Shown here one piece after another: positions 30,224-48,267 of a stretch of 64,000 bases of DNA. Both the position numbers and the translations under genes were made by a program. Where the stretch lies: NCBI RefSeq assembly GCF_009914755.1, contig NC_060937.1; one strand, 5' to 3'. The stretch's first letter is position 1. Every line of letters begins with the position of its first letter. The notes below the pieces were generated by a model. It did no database searches. It saw only the letters and a list, made by a program, of their open reading frames with translations, and was not told where the DNA came from. This DNA is from the human T2T-CHM13v2.0 reference genome, Homo sapiens.

Positions 30224-30331
30224 GGATATGTGGTGCCTGTCATAAGCTCCAGAGAGCTGCCTTCCATGAGACCAGCAGAAGAGTGGGTTCCACTATCCAG
30301 GCTGCCATTGACCTCATGGTGGCGGCTGCAG
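30224..30331 (+). pseudogene. SLC25A15P3: SLC25A15 (ORNT1) pseudogene, exon 2 with start codon lost
   Basis: ccccag|ggatatgtgg...IQAAIDLMVAAA(G)|gtacag resembles MKSNPAIQAAIDLTAGAAG, but the MKSN-coding bases are missing. The pseudogene number is from memory and uncertain. Confidence 0.8.
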
Positions 30332-30334
30332 GTA

Positions 30335-30668
30335 CAGTCCTGTGTCTCATAACCATGCTTCTGTTGGTGATGGATGGTTTATCTGATAGTGGTCCCATGA
30401 GATTATACCATCTTTTACTATACCTTTTCTGTGTTTATATACATTTAGATACACAAATACCACTGTGTTACAGTTGCCTACAGTATCCAGTACAGTAACA
30501 TGCTGTACAGGTGTGTAGACTTCAGCAACAGGCCATACCGTACAGCCTAGGTGTGGAGTAGGCTATGCCATCTAGGGTCGGGTGTGTGTGTTCTATGATA
30601 GCACAGTGATGAAATTGTGTAATGACACATTTTTCAGAACATGTCCCAGTCATTAAGAAATGCCTACG
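30335..30668 (+). mobile_element. Tigger3a/MER7-type DNA transposon
   Basis: TA-flanked; ggtcccatgagattata, acagtaacatgctgtacagg, ggctatgccatctagg. Confidence 0.75.
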
Positions 30669-32062
30669 TATAATCCCAGAGAAAACCCAGTCTTCTCTAT
30701 TACTCAAGTACCTTCTAAATGAGATCAAATGAAAGTGGTATGAAAACATTACCTTTCTCCCTCCAGAAGCGATGGGCGTTACCTTTGGGATGAATCCATT
30801 TGATGGAAGTGAAGTATTGTTCAGAGTGTGGCAGAAGATAGAGGAGTGTCCATTATTGCTAACACCTTGTGAGTCAGGGTGAGAGGAGGAATGTGCCCAG
30901 TACAGCTGGAAAACAGCTCAGAGGTGAAGCCCCTTGTCCACTGTCACCTGGCTGGGATAGGCAGGTGACGTGGTTCTTCACTTCAAGCCTGGCAGTCTTC
31001 AGAGCCCTTGTAGTGCAAAAATAACACCGTAGCATCTCCCAGGAAACACCACTTACTGTCCCTGCTAGTGTTGGGAAAGAAAGGAGGACACTCTTTAGAA
31101 GTGTCTTTTACAATGAGACTGATAATGGACTGTGTCTCAGAGCCATGAAAGGAAAGGAGAAGTTGTAGGATTTCCTGGGAATGTCAGCTAACTTGAGCCT
31201 AGGGGCCTGAGCCCAAGGGCAGACTGAGGCTCCCCCGGCACAGGGAGGTGCTGCCTGTGACAAGGGGGTAGTGCTGGCACAGTGCAGGCTACTCCCTAGA
31301 AAGATCAGCTTGAACATGCAGGAAGAGCAGGACCCTTGGGCTGAGGCACAGGTAGAATGGGAAGTTCATGGTAGTAATTTAGTTCTCCAGAGGCCAGAAG
31401 TAGGAGGAGAGGTTGGAAGGCTGATTGCCCAAAGGGAAACCCTGGACTACCCTGGCGTCCCACAGGACTCTCATAGTACTTGCGGCTCCCTGCAGTGGGG
31501 AGGCCAGAAGGAGTGTTGCCCAATGCTGTCCTCATCCAGTCCACCCCCACCCACCACCAACGGGTGGGTATGGTCATGAGTGTGGTCAACTCATCAGTCA
31601 TTTGCTCAGCTGTGAAAAAGAAATTGTTCAGAGAAGAGCAAAGTGTTTTTCCATGAGCCAAAGGTCGGCCAAGGTATGCTAATGAGGAGGACTGGAGACA
31701 GCGCATCACAGACACTGATAAGGAGCACTGGGCAAGGGCACTTCTCCCAGGGCAGAGCCCACAAGGAGTGTCCTGGCACCAGATGCTCAGGGAACTGAAG
31801 GCTGGCAGGGGCCTGCCCAGTAGTCTCTCGCCCACCGCATGCCTTTAGGCTACAGCCTCCCAGGCCCCGTGCCCCCTCCCCTCCCCCGTGCCACACTGGG
31901 GAAGATGCTGACCCTGAGAATGGTGCAACCATCTGCCTGCCCCTGGCCACCTCTCACCAGCACGTGAATGCTCTTGGGCTCAGTTCTGTATCTGCAGTAG
32001 GAGGGTGTTTATCCACGTGACAGAGTCTCACCATTTGACATTTTATGTCTTTCAGTCTGTCA

Positions 32063-32419
<357 letters not shown>

Positions 32420-33857
32420 TTACCTTTTCCTGTTTATGCGCATACAGGTATTTGGGTACCACGTTTGTAATTCACAGTTAGTTTGAAAGATAGAAATTGA
32501 AACAGTATGGTTGGGAGCCTGGTATGTAAGCCGTTTGCTGGTGGGCATGTGTGTATTGGGCCCTTGTATGTACGATCTCTGTGATCCCATCATTACTGTT
32601 CATTTCTTCCAGGAGAGGAATGACACACTTCTCCCTTTAATTGCCAAATTATCTCCAATTCTGAATCAGTGGAATATAATTTAATATGATTTTACTATGA
32701 TTAATTCAGGGTCATTCTCTCCCAGGTGCTGCTGGGCTAGGATAAAATGAGATCTGAATTACATTAAAATAATTAAGTATTCCAAGAGAAGAGGTGACAG
32801 AATGGTTTAAGTGGGTGTGTAGTTTAGATAACCTAGATGCAGATAAGCTGAATAAAGCATTTAATCCAGCACATTCGTATTTTAACTTGATCATCAGCAA
32901 TGGGAGTTTGAAACCCGATTGCAGCTGCAGGTCCCACACAACTGAATTTTGTTCCTTGCGCACAGCAGTGTTTTCTGGAGGTGCCTGGAGGTCTGAAGGT
33001 GTCCCCTTTTATAGGCAGGAATTCCACCAGGATGGGTATAGCTTGTTTTTTTAAAAGGCTTGGGACTGGATACGATTGCCCAAGAAGACAGAAAAATTAG
33101 CAAACTTTATTCCAGTAAGAAAGTTTGGGATGTACTGCTTCAGTCCCTGTCCTAAGGAAATTATCAAGCCTGGAGGGTGGGGTGCTATCAACTGCCTGCC
33201 AACATGTTACCTTCTGACATCCAGAAGCTTCCCTGTGCCAGATGGAGCCACCAATGTGGGGAGGAGAGCACAAAGAGCAGAGAATCCACAGAAACCATAC
33301 CTGCAGGGAGCAAACACCATCACACTCCACTTAATGCAAATGCATTTACCTATTCTTACCATCTCCCTCAGCATGTTGAATCTATTCTGGGGTTAGACAA
33401 GCTCCCAGACTTATCTGCTATGTTTAATAAAAACAATTTTGGCTTTTAATGGTAAAGGAAGAATCGGGGCTATTAAAATACTTAAGAGTGAGAAAGTTGA
33501 AAAAAGATGTAGATTGCGTTTGGCCTGTCTTCCCCCCACCGTAAAAGGTTGCCACTCAGCTGGAGGCCTGCTGGTTCGTGTGGGCCAGCCCTCCACACCT
33601 CAGTGACCAAATGAAATACAACCCTCACTAGAGCTTCTTGTACTTGGCAAGACCCAGGGGTAGACCTGGGCTACCAAACAAAACCTTGTGTTCTTAGAGC
33701 CTGGGAACAACAGCTTTGACAGTTTCCACAAAGAACTCTTCCGCAGCATTAGCATTTTTATTTTCACCTACCTGTAGCCATTACTACATTGAACTCTGGG
33801 AATGTCACGTCAGCTGTTCTTGAGATAAAATACCATTTGCTATTTTTTTTTCTCTAG

Positions 33858-34020
33858 GCCCTGTCCCTTTGATGTTAAGTGGTGGAGGGAGTTGGCGGGA
33901 TTTGCCTCTGGCTTGCGGTATATCCAGTGGATTGTATCAAATAAAGAATTCAAGTTCTTTCCATGTCTGGAAAACAGGCAGGATTTATCAGAACCTTTAT
34001 AAATGTTGTGAAAAATGAAG
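33858..34020 (+). pseudogene. SLC25A15P3: SLC25A15 pseudogene, penultimate exon (frameshifted)
   Basis: [50 protein letters not shown]. A 4-bp GGAG duplication and a TAA disrupt it; AG/GT sites are intact. Confidence 0.9.
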
Positions 34021-34635
34021 GTGAGTAAACACCTGTTTTTCCAGCATCTAGTATACATCTTAAAATCTGAGATATGAATTTCTCTGTTTTGATTGTAAAA
34101 AGAAAGAGAACAGTAACACAGAAACTTTGTGTCCCAAATAGAGCACAGATACCTTGTCTATTACTCATAGTAATCCTCCCTTAAATTTGTATAACGTGAA
34201 GTTTTACAAAGTACTTATACCTCCCTTATCTAATTCAATCTTCATAACCACCCTGGGCAGTACTAATACTATAAACCAGTCTCCAACCTCAAGGTTGGTG
34301 CTCTTGCCACTGCCCAGGTGAAGCTGCAAAGCTGTGGCTGCCTCTGTCTCCATGGTTGCCTCTGTCTGGCTGTCTCAGGCCTCAACTCTGCCCCATCCAT
34401 ATACTAAGAGTTAACCAAGCATGGAATTGGGGTATGTTACCTGAGCATCAGTCAGTTTCGCCAGGAGACCTGATACTTGTTCTTGTTTCTGTTGGTCTAT
34501 TTAGGGAAAGCTGGGAACGCATCCATCCATGACTTGTTGGTTTTTAGCACTCTTGCCTGGATTTGCATGTGTAAATATACCTGTGCTATGCAGCTGTGTG
34601 GGTGTCCCCAAAGGAGGGATTGTTACAGTCTTTGA

Positions 34636-35571
<936 letters not shown>

Positions 35572-38500
35572 AAATAAAACATATTTTTAACTAATAAAAA
35601 TTAAGGACAAAGAAGGGCATTCCTTATAGAATGATAAAGGGCACAATTCAACCAGAAGACTTAGCCTAAATATGTACACACCCAACACTGGAGCACCCAA
35701 ATTCATAAAACAAGTTTTTCTTGGCCTACAAAAAGATTTAGACGCACAATAACAGCAGGAGACTTCAACAACCCACTGACAGCAATAGACAGATCACTGA
35801 GGCAGAAAACTAACAAACTCCGTACTTGCACTTGATAGTTGACCAATTGGACCTGATAGACATCTACAGAACACTTTGTCCAACAAACACAGAAGATACA
35901 TTCTCATGTGCACAGAGAACATATTCTAAGATCAACCACATGATTGGCCAGAAAGCAAACCTCAATAAATTCAAAAAGTTTGAAATCATACCAAGCACAC
36001 ACTCTGACCACAGTGAGACAAAAATAGAAATCAGTATCAAGAAGATCTCTCAAAACTACATAAGTACATGGAAATTACATAATTTGCTCCTGAATAACTC
36101 CTGGGTGAAAATCTAAATTAAGGCAGAAATAAAAAAATTCTTTGCAATTAATGAAAATAGGGACACAACATACCAGAATCTCTGGGATGAAGCTAAAGCA
36201 GTGTTAAGAGGAAAGTTTATAGCACTAAATGCCTTCATCAAGAAGTTAGAAATATCTCAAATTAACATTCCTACTTTGCACTTAAGAGAACTAGAAAAAA
36301 GAATAAACTAACTCCAAAGCTGGCAGAAGAGAAATAACTAAAATTAAAGAAGCACTGAATGAAGTGCTTTTTGAAGTGCTGTTTTTTTTAGACTAGATGC
36401 AAAAATCCACACAAAAGATCAATGAAACCAATAATTAGTTTTTCAAAAAATAAACAAGATGGATAGACTGATAGCTGAACAAAGAAAAAAAGAGAAGAAG
36501 CAAATAAGTACAATCATAAATGACAAAGATGACATTACAAACAATCCCACAGAAATACAAAAGATCCTCAGAGAATACTACAAACAACTCTAGGCACACA
36601 AATTAGATAATCTAGAGGAAATGGATAAATTCTTGGAAACATATAATCTCCCAAGATTGAATTAGAAAGAGATTGAAACCTTAAATAGACAAATACCGAG
36701 TTCCAAAATCAAATCATTAATATAAAATCTACCAACAAGGAAAAGCCCTGGACCAGATGAAGCAACAGCTGAATTCTACCAGATGTACAAAGAACTGGTA
36801 CTAGTTCTATTGAAACTATTCCAAAGAACTGAGGATGAGGGGCTCCTCCCTAACTCAGTCTATGAAGCCAGCATCAGCCTAATAACCAAAATCTGGCAGA
36901 GAAACACACAAAAAGAAAACTTCAGGCCAATTACTCTGATTAACATAGACACAGAAATTCTTAACCAAATACTAGGAAACAGAATCCAGCAGCACATCAG
37001 TAAGTTAATACACCACAATCAAGAAGGCTTCAGTCCAGGGATGCAAGGCTGGTTCAACATATGCAAATCAATAAATGTGATTCACCACATAAACAGAACT
37101 AAAAGCAAAAACCATATCATCATCTCAATAGATGCAGAAACAGATTTTGATAAAATCCAACATCCCTTCACATTAAAAACCTCAACAGACTAGTTATCAA
37201 GGGAACTTACCTCAAAATAATAAGAGCCATCTATGACAAATTCACAGCCACCAACCTACTGAATGGGCAAAAGTTGGAAACAATTCCCATGAGAAACGGA
37301 GGAAGACAATGATGCCCACTCTCACCACTCCTATTCAACATAGCACTGGAAGTCCTACCTAGAGAACTCAGACAGGAGAAAGAAAGAATAGGCATCCAAA
37401 TAGGAAAAGAAGGAGTCAAACTACCTCTCTTTGCTGATGATATGATTCTATACCCAGAAAACCAAAGACTCTGCCAAAAGGCTACTAGAACTGATAAACA
37501 ACTTTAGCAAAGTTTCAGGATAAGAAACCAATGTATAAAAATCAACATCATTTCTATACACCAATAATGTCTAGGCTGAGAGTTAAATCAAGAACAGAAT
37601 CCCATTTATGGTAGCGACAAAGAAAATGAAATAACTAGGAATACAGCTAACAAAGGATGTGAAAGATCCCTACAAGAACTACAAAACACTGCAGAAGGAA
37701 ATCAGAGATAACACAATTAAATGGAAAAACATTCCATGCTCATGGATTGGAAGAATCAGTATCATTCAAATGGCCATACTGCCCAAAGCAATTGACAGAT
37801 TCAGTGCTATTTCTATCAAACTACCAATGTCATTCTTCACAGAATTAGAAAAAAGTATTCTAAAATTCATATGAAACCAAAAGAGGGCCTCAATAGCCTA
37901 AGCAAATCTAAGCAAAAGGGCAAAGCCAGAGGCTTCAAACTATAAGGCTATAGTATCCAAAACAGCATGGTACTGGCACAAAAGCAGACATATAGGCCCA
38001 TGGAACAGAATAGAAAACCCAGAATAAAGCCTTACACTTACAATCATCTGATATTGCAAGGCTGACAAAAACAAGCAATAGGGGAAGGACTCCCTATTCA
38101 ATAAATGGTGTTGCGGTACTGGTTAGCAATATGCAGAATAATGATACTCGACTCATACCTTTCATCATATACAATAATTAACTGGAGATAGATTAAAGAT
38201 TTAAATGTAAGACCTCAAGTGATAAAAATCCTAGAAGAAAACCTCAGAAATACCCTTCTTGACATTGGCCTTGGGAAAGAATTTTTAACTAAGTCCCCAA
38301 AAGCAATTGCAATAACAACAAAGATTGACAAGTGGGACCTAATAAAGCTAAAGTGCTTTGGCACAGCAAGAGAAATGATCGACAGAGCAAACAGATAACC
38401 CACAGAACAGGAGGAAACATTTGCAAACTATGCATTCAACAAAGGTCTAATATCCAGAATCTATAAGGAACTTACACAAATCCACACGCAGAAACCAAAT

Positions 38501-39310
38501 AACCCCATTAAAAATGTGGAAAGAACATGACACATACTTCTCAAAAGAAGACATACAAGTGACCAATGAGCATCTGGAAAAATGCTTCACTTCACGAATT
38601 GTCAGAGAAGTGCAAATCAAAACCACAATGAGATACCCTCTCACACTAGTCAGAATGGATATTAATAAAAAGTCAAAAACAACAGATGCTGGCAAGGCTG
38701 CAGAGAAAAGGGAACGTTTATACATCGTTGGTGGGAGTGTAAATTAGTTCAGCCACTGTGGAAAGCAGTCTGGAGATTTCTCAAAGAACTTAAAACGAGC
38801 TACCATCTGACCCAGCAACCCCATTATTGGATATATACCCAATGGAAAAAAGACCATTCTACCAAAAGACACACACACTGATATGTTCATTGCTGTGCTA
38901 TTCACAATAGTAAAGATATGGAATCAACCTAGGTGCCCATCAGTGGTGGATTGGATAAAGAAAATGTGGTACATATACACGATGGAATTCTACACAGCCA
39001 TAAAAATGAATGAAATCATGTCTTTTGCAGCAACATAGATGGAGCTGGAGGCCATTATCCTAAGCAAATTAATGCAGGAACAGAAAACCAAATACCACAT
39101 GTTCTCACTTACGAGAGCTAAAAAACAGGTACCCTTGGACATAAGGATGGGAACAATAGACACTGTGGACTACTAGAGGGGGATGGAGGGAGAGGGGTGC
39201 AGGTTGAAAAACTACCTATTGGGTACTATGCTTACTACAGGGGTGCAATATACTGATGTAACAAACTTGCACACATACCCCCTATATTTAAAATTAAAGC
39301 TAAAATTTTA
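35572..39310 (+). mobile_element. 5'-truncated L1 (L1PB/PA16-type), ORF2 to 3'UTR, decayed
   Basis: Endonuclease GDFN, RT motifs ([24 protein letters not shown]), C-terminal region and G-rich 3'UTR. Confidence 0.93.
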
Positions 39311-40454
39311 AGACATGAGTATCACTCTGATCTAAGTTTCTTGAGTTATTCAAAGAATCATTCATTTTGCATTCTAAGAAAGCAACACCCAAAGAGGCCG
39401 TAAATGAGTTTTCTTTGAATAAGCGAAAGCAGAATAGTGTGACAACTCATAATTTCCAGAAATTTTGATGGGTCTTGGAGGTCTGGGGAAGAGAAACCTT
39501 CATGGTAATCTCCTTATTTCAAAAAGGGACATTCTTAAAATAAAAAAGGGGGTTTCCTTCCTTCCTGTATTTCTAGTACTGAAAAAGACAGATCTTAATC
39601 TTCACTAAGCCAGCTAAGTATTTTCCTCCCTATTCACCTAAACCCAGGACATAATCTGCCCTCTGTAGATTATTGCTGTGTGAATTTTAAAGGAAACTGT
39701 GTAACCTATGTTGTGCCTACATGTTTCTGTCATATGAATGGCAGGGCATAATATTAACATGAAAGGAATTTGAAAGCACGTTCTATGATCTTTTCCTCAA
39801 AGCGGGAGCCAGGTCAGGGGGAGTAAAGGAGAAAGGCCTTAGCTGGGCTGCTGCATGGGCAGTCGGAACGTTTTTGGAATATTTAGAGGAGAAAAAATCA
39901 CCTGCAGCGAGGTGGCTCACCAGCCTAGTGGGGCTCTTGGCTCCTGGCAGGTTGCTGCCTTCCGTGCCCACCATGGCTCAGGGCTCTACTCTCATCTGTG
40001 CCATTCTGGTACCCACAGCCCTTAGAGCAAGTATTTTTCTATTTCCACTCAAAAATTAAAAAGCTCTATGGCAAACTCCCGACACTGAGCTGCTGATGTG
40101 GGTGGCCCGAGCGGTTAGTGTGTTGGTTAGAAAGTTGCTATGCCGGACAGGATTGCCCTGGACTCTCAAACTGTATTTTCATGGACCGCTTCTTTTTTTA
40201 GTCCTTTCTGTAGAGTGCCAGGTTTTTCAGGAATGAGTATACCGTGTTTTAGCAGTGACACTTGTCTTATGAGTTGCTACCTTTCGTTTCCTGATGAACT
40301 CATCTTGGTCTAGATTGTTGAGGGCCTTGACAATAAAAGGAAAATCATTCAAATAAGAATAATTTCAATAAGGCCAAGATAGAATGTTTTCAAGGACAAT
40401 CATGGCCTGAAGATACAGTGGCAATAAAGGTATTTTGAATAAAGTAACACCCAC

Positions 40455-40780
<326 letters not shown>

Positions 40781-41669
40781 GTAGCACCCAGCACCAAAGA
40801 GGAAATAATAATGATTTCCTGTAGACATAAGGCTAACCAGTGTTTATAATGAAAAGATAACCTCCCTTCAGAGTCCTCCCAAGCTTAGGTGAATTGTGAG
40901 CAGGAGTAGTGAATTTCAAAATAATACACCTAGATTACTCTAAGAACAAATATTTCTTTTGATTTCACTTACAATTTTAAACAAAAGCAGAAGTTACCAA
41001 AGATTACTTATCCTTCATATTTACCACAGTCTTCTTACCCCAACCCCCATGTCTGTGTGTGATTAAAGGAAGCTTGTCAAGTAAGCTACCTATTTAGTGC
41101 TCAGAATGAGAGACTGTGTGTTGGGAGTTGGGGGACTGCTTGTGTGAAACACTTCTCTCTTCTGGATTTAAAACTTAGTCTTTGTTGCCAGTCTGTTAAC
41201 AGACAGTTTGTAAATGAAGTGGAAGAAAAAATATAAATTAGCTTTCTAATAAATCTGAAATTACAAATGTGAACCAAAGCAGGGAATAAATACTTGACCA
41301 AAAATATGTAAGTAAGTGGGGGTTGGGGAATTACAATTTTTAAATATCTCAAGTTTTTGCTATGAAAGTTCTATTTCAAAGTTCTTCAAAATGATGTCTG
41401 ATGTTCCTGCATACTGTGTTCCAAATTTATGTAAATACAAGATGGAAATTGTGAAGTATGTGCCTTCAAAAAAGAAAAAAAAACACTGACATTTTATCTA
41501 TATATATTTAGTAGATTTATGAAGAACATATATAAACATATATAAATATATCATCAAGGAAGATTTAGGATATATGAATATGTGGCAAGGTTGGAAAGAA
41601 CATAATTCTTTCCCAGAAGGGGAAGGAGGAGCTATACTTAATCGGATCCAGCTACAACATCACTGGAAG

Positions 41670-41772
41670 TCATTTCTTACCAAAAAGTACCTCCACGGCA
41701 AATTCTGGTGGATAAATTTTCCAAGCTTTTTGTTTATGTGGATTATCCAATTCATTTCTTGGTAGATAAAGC
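41670..41772 (-). pseudogene. TPTE2P1: TPTE2-like terminal coding exon
   Basis: ttcttag|G then [33 protein letters not shown]. Confidence 0.92.
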
Positions 41773-42120
41773 CTAAGAATACAAAAAAAATTATTACATT
41801 TTATATTGGGGCTCACCGAAAAGCCACGCAGTTGGGTACCCACGTTAGAGCTGGAAGAAACAAAAAAAAGAAACTCACCATGAATAGAACCCCAGCTCCT
41901 TTTTTGTGTCTCAGTTGGCTCCTTCCACCTTTTTGGTGAGACTTAAAAATACTTTAATCTTCAGCAACACATCAGTAACACATGCTGACTCTCTTAGCAT
42001 TGCTTTATATGGCATTAATGACTTCCAAGTTTAATAAAATATCTAAATTCCTCTCTGTGACAGAAATCAGTCAGGATAGACATGAATGAAAACCCAGGAA
42101 TAAAATACTATATCTCTTTC

Positions 42121-42244
42121 AATTTATGTGTGAAGTTGCAATTTTTTGAATTTTTACAATCAGACCTTGGAAATGACCTTGAGCAGTAGGACATAACTCC
42201 CACATGCTGAGCGTTCCAATAATGGAACACTAGGCATAAATTGG
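42121..42244 (-). mobile_element. MER85 (piggyBac PGBD3-derived MITE)
   Basis: Reverse complement matches ccc/aatttatgcctagtgttccattattggaacgct..catgtgggagtt..cctactgctcaaggtcat..caaggtctgattg; TTAA at 42245-42248. Confidence 0.88.
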
Positions 42245-43563
42245 TTAACCCATTTATGCCTAGTGTTCTAAATGATACAAGTTAGCATTTTTGGCTAAAC
42301 AACAATCTTATAACTAACAAAAACAGCTTTACCAAGTTGTATGTAAATGTAAATGTTACAGAAATCTTTAGAAATTTATATAAAAGTAAGAATAAAAGTG
42401 ATCTAGCTTATCACTTCTCCAAAATGAACATAGTGTTTTAAAGGAAAAAGACTGTATCCTTTAGCAAGAACCACTTTCGAGGAGCAGCATCAAGTGAAGT
42501 TACATCCAGGTCTCACTTTTTGAGGGACTTTGCTCATGTTAGAAGAAAAAGCTTATTGTTTGTATGCATCCAAAAAAAAAAAAAACTTGTAAAAATTTCC
42601 GTCAAATCCAAAGTTCACTCTATCAAAATCCATTAAATGTTTTGCATTGCAAGTGTGTAGACCAGAGGTTTAATTTCCTGTTGCCTTGCTGGACTTAAGG
42701 AGTTATTCGATCCAGTTCACATTTGAAGAAAAGATTAGGACTGGATGTAACAATAACTATCAATTCATGCCACATATAATCATAGCCACTTCTTCAATTC
42801 TGACCTAAATCATTTAAAAAATATTTTGTCCTTTTGTATTGAAGAGTATGGTTGATACCAAAAAAAATCCCAATTTTTCACCATCACAAAACAAATGCTA
42901 CTTATAGTGGAGAACTTCTAGACTGAGAAATGAGTTTCCAAATATGGTAGAAGGTTTTTTTGGAACAATAATCTCCAAACCCAATTAATAATTTTTCAGA
43001 AAGGTTTCCCAATTCAGTTATTAGAAAGCCACATTTGAATGGCTATTTAAATAGACTATTACTTAATGATATTTTTTAGCTGTATTCCTTAATACTGTGT
43101 CTTGTAACTTCTCCTAGATATAAGTGTGTCAGTCAGCTTTTCAGCTAGCTGAAGCCTCCCTAGGTCCTGCCTTACTTTAGCACAAAATTTGGTGGTGGTT
43201 CGTCATTGGTAAATCAGCACCTACTGACAGGGACCTGACATACTGAAGGTGCTGAGCAGACTCATATTGAACTTCTCCAAGAGGAATTTACTACCACACT
43301 TAAGATCTGATTGTAATACTTTTGAACTCATAACACAGTTCTATGGCATGGACCTTGAGGATACTGCAACAGTGGGTCTCAAGAACAAAGGTATTTTTAA
43401 AATAACCAGAGTAAGAGGAGTAAGGCAATGAACAATGGTGGCTCAAGGATTTTTTGCTTTCTATAAATTAAGTTTATGACAACCAGCAAAAGACTTGCCA
43501 TTATGCCTTGTATATAGACATTGAAGATTAGGCTGTTTCTATGGGTTTATATTATATTCATAC

Positions 43564-43634
43564 CTGTTATTTTGAATAAAAGATGTGTTGAACCAGAAGA
43601 AAAATGAACAATTGTCACAGTACTTAGGAAGGTT
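43564..43634 (-). pseudogene. TPTE2P1: TPTE2-like exon (71 nt)
   Basis: [23 protein letters not shown](R); AG/GT intact. Confidence 0.92.
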
Positions 43635-44044
43635 CTAAAAAAAATTTCAAAGTAAAACTGATACCAAGAACTAATCATTCCAAAGAAATTAAAGTTCCTT
43701 CCTTTATTCCTTTTTATATTTATCAAACAATTATAACCATTAAATATGTAGCACTCTGCAATCTATAACAATACACTCAAGACACAAAGGAGGAAGCTTT
43801 AAGAAAATGCTATTGCATTCTCTTACTGTTTCTATCAAAATTTTCAAGGAATAGTATTTTTTCCATGATAGGTATTTAATTTAAATGCTGCTATTTGAAT
43901 CTGGTTTAGATAGTGCCAAACAGACTCTACTAAGGACCTATGCCTATATATACCCAACTAGATTGTAGTGAATTCTTATAATTTTTTTGTTGCCTCAGCA
44001 TCCCTTTTACATATAAACTGGACTTTCTGATGTCAGGACTTTTC

Positions 44045-44709
<665 letters not shown>

Positions 44710-45061
44710 TTAAAAAAGATGCAAAACAAAATGTAATCATTGCTATGCAGTAAAACGTACCTTTGGGTTTTTTTTTTTTTTAGCATCTTGGCTTTTACTT
44801 TTTTTGTGTTTATTTTGTATTTTTTGTATTTGAGAATACATGTAAATTTAGAAAAATTTAGAAAATTTACAATTTAGAAAAAAACAAATGAACAAAAATT
44901 ATTCAAATTACATATGTTCTTTCAAAAAATTTGTTATAGATCTGATTTATTGTTTTCCTCCCCCTCCCCCTCCCTTGTTGGGAATTGTAGTAAAGCAAAT
45001 CTTAAATAAAATCATTAGACCAGACAAGAACAATGGCAGAGGCTATTTTGTGATTACTCAC

Positions 45062-45154
45062 TGAAGAGAAAAATTGCACTTTCACATCATCGTACAGAGA
45101 TGGACTGTCATATACATTAGTTAATACACCGGCTGTTTCAATGTCATGCAGTAT
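45062..45154 (-). pseudogene. TPTE2P1: TPTE2-like exon (93 nt)
   Basis: ILHDIETAGVLTNVYDSPSLYDDVKVQFFSS; AG/GT intact. Confidence 0.92.
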
Positions 45155-45319
45155 CTGTGAATGAACACATGGAATTGAGAACTACAAACCTAGATAACGA
45201 TAACAAAAGGTCCTTTTCACTTATCATGACTTCCTATATTTATCAAGTACTTTTGGTCTCACAGCCCAATCACTACATGCATAAATAATTATTAATAATC
45301 TTTTCTAGTTGCAATACTA

Positions 45320-45345
45320 TTGTGTGTGTGTGTGTGTGTGTGTGT
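45320..45345. repeat. (TG)n microsatellite
   Basis: Direct observation. Confidence 0.9.
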
Positions 45346-45354
45346 TTTCGTTTG

Positions 45355-46003
<649 letters not shown>

Positions 46004-46743
46004 ATGAGGCACTTTTCAAAAGTATTGAATTTTCTATTAGACTTTAATCAATTAAATATTATCATTTAATGTGTGTCATTTGATTTTCATGTGTTAGGGC
46101 CTTTTTTGAGAATATATTAAGAAGCTCAATTTTAAAGCTAGCATTGACATTCAAAAAGCAATGCGTAACTCATCATGGTTTTTTATTTTCTAAATTTAAA
46201 AATAACAACGGGGGTCTGTAACACTTGGGGGTTGGGCCTGCATGCCCCTCCCAAGGGAGAGGGAGGGTGGGGTCCCCCTGCTCATCATGTTTTATCAGAA
46301 CTCTTGTGTTTGTCAATGGGATCTTTGAACTTGACCAATGCAGGCTGCTGGATGGAGTGACCAAAGATAGCTCAAGATACTATTTCTTTGACTCACTCTC
46401 ATATAAATAAAGGCACCCACAGTAAGAAAGGTCTATGCTAGGCCCTGTGGAAAACACAAAAGGAGGTGCAGACTCAGTTGGCCCCTTTTGGGAGCTGTAC
46501 ACATAAGAAACAATAGTAGAATGGTACATAACTTAATCTGTATGATAAAGACTGGGTGTGCTGTTATGCACTATTAGGGGCTAGTTAACAGAAGGTACAG
46601 AATGCAAAAATTTCATTAAGGAGGTAGAAATTGAATTGGGCATGAAGCAGTTTAGATAAACGAAGAAGAGCTCTGAAAATAGACTCTAGTCCAAACGGAG
46701 GGAAAAAGACCAGCAATAATGCAAAGTAGAAATTAGAAAAATG

Positions 46744-48267
<1,524 letters not shown>

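Noticed and set aside
36783-37193. 136-aa RT-like ORF suggesting an active LINE
   Set aside because: The surrounding ORF2 has many stops and frameshifts and the element is 5'-truncated.
41817-41850. Apparent 34-nt minus-strand mini-exon (ttccag|...|gtgagc) just before the TPTE last exon
   Set aside because: Not needed for the TPTE frame, and the flanking introns would be implausibly short.
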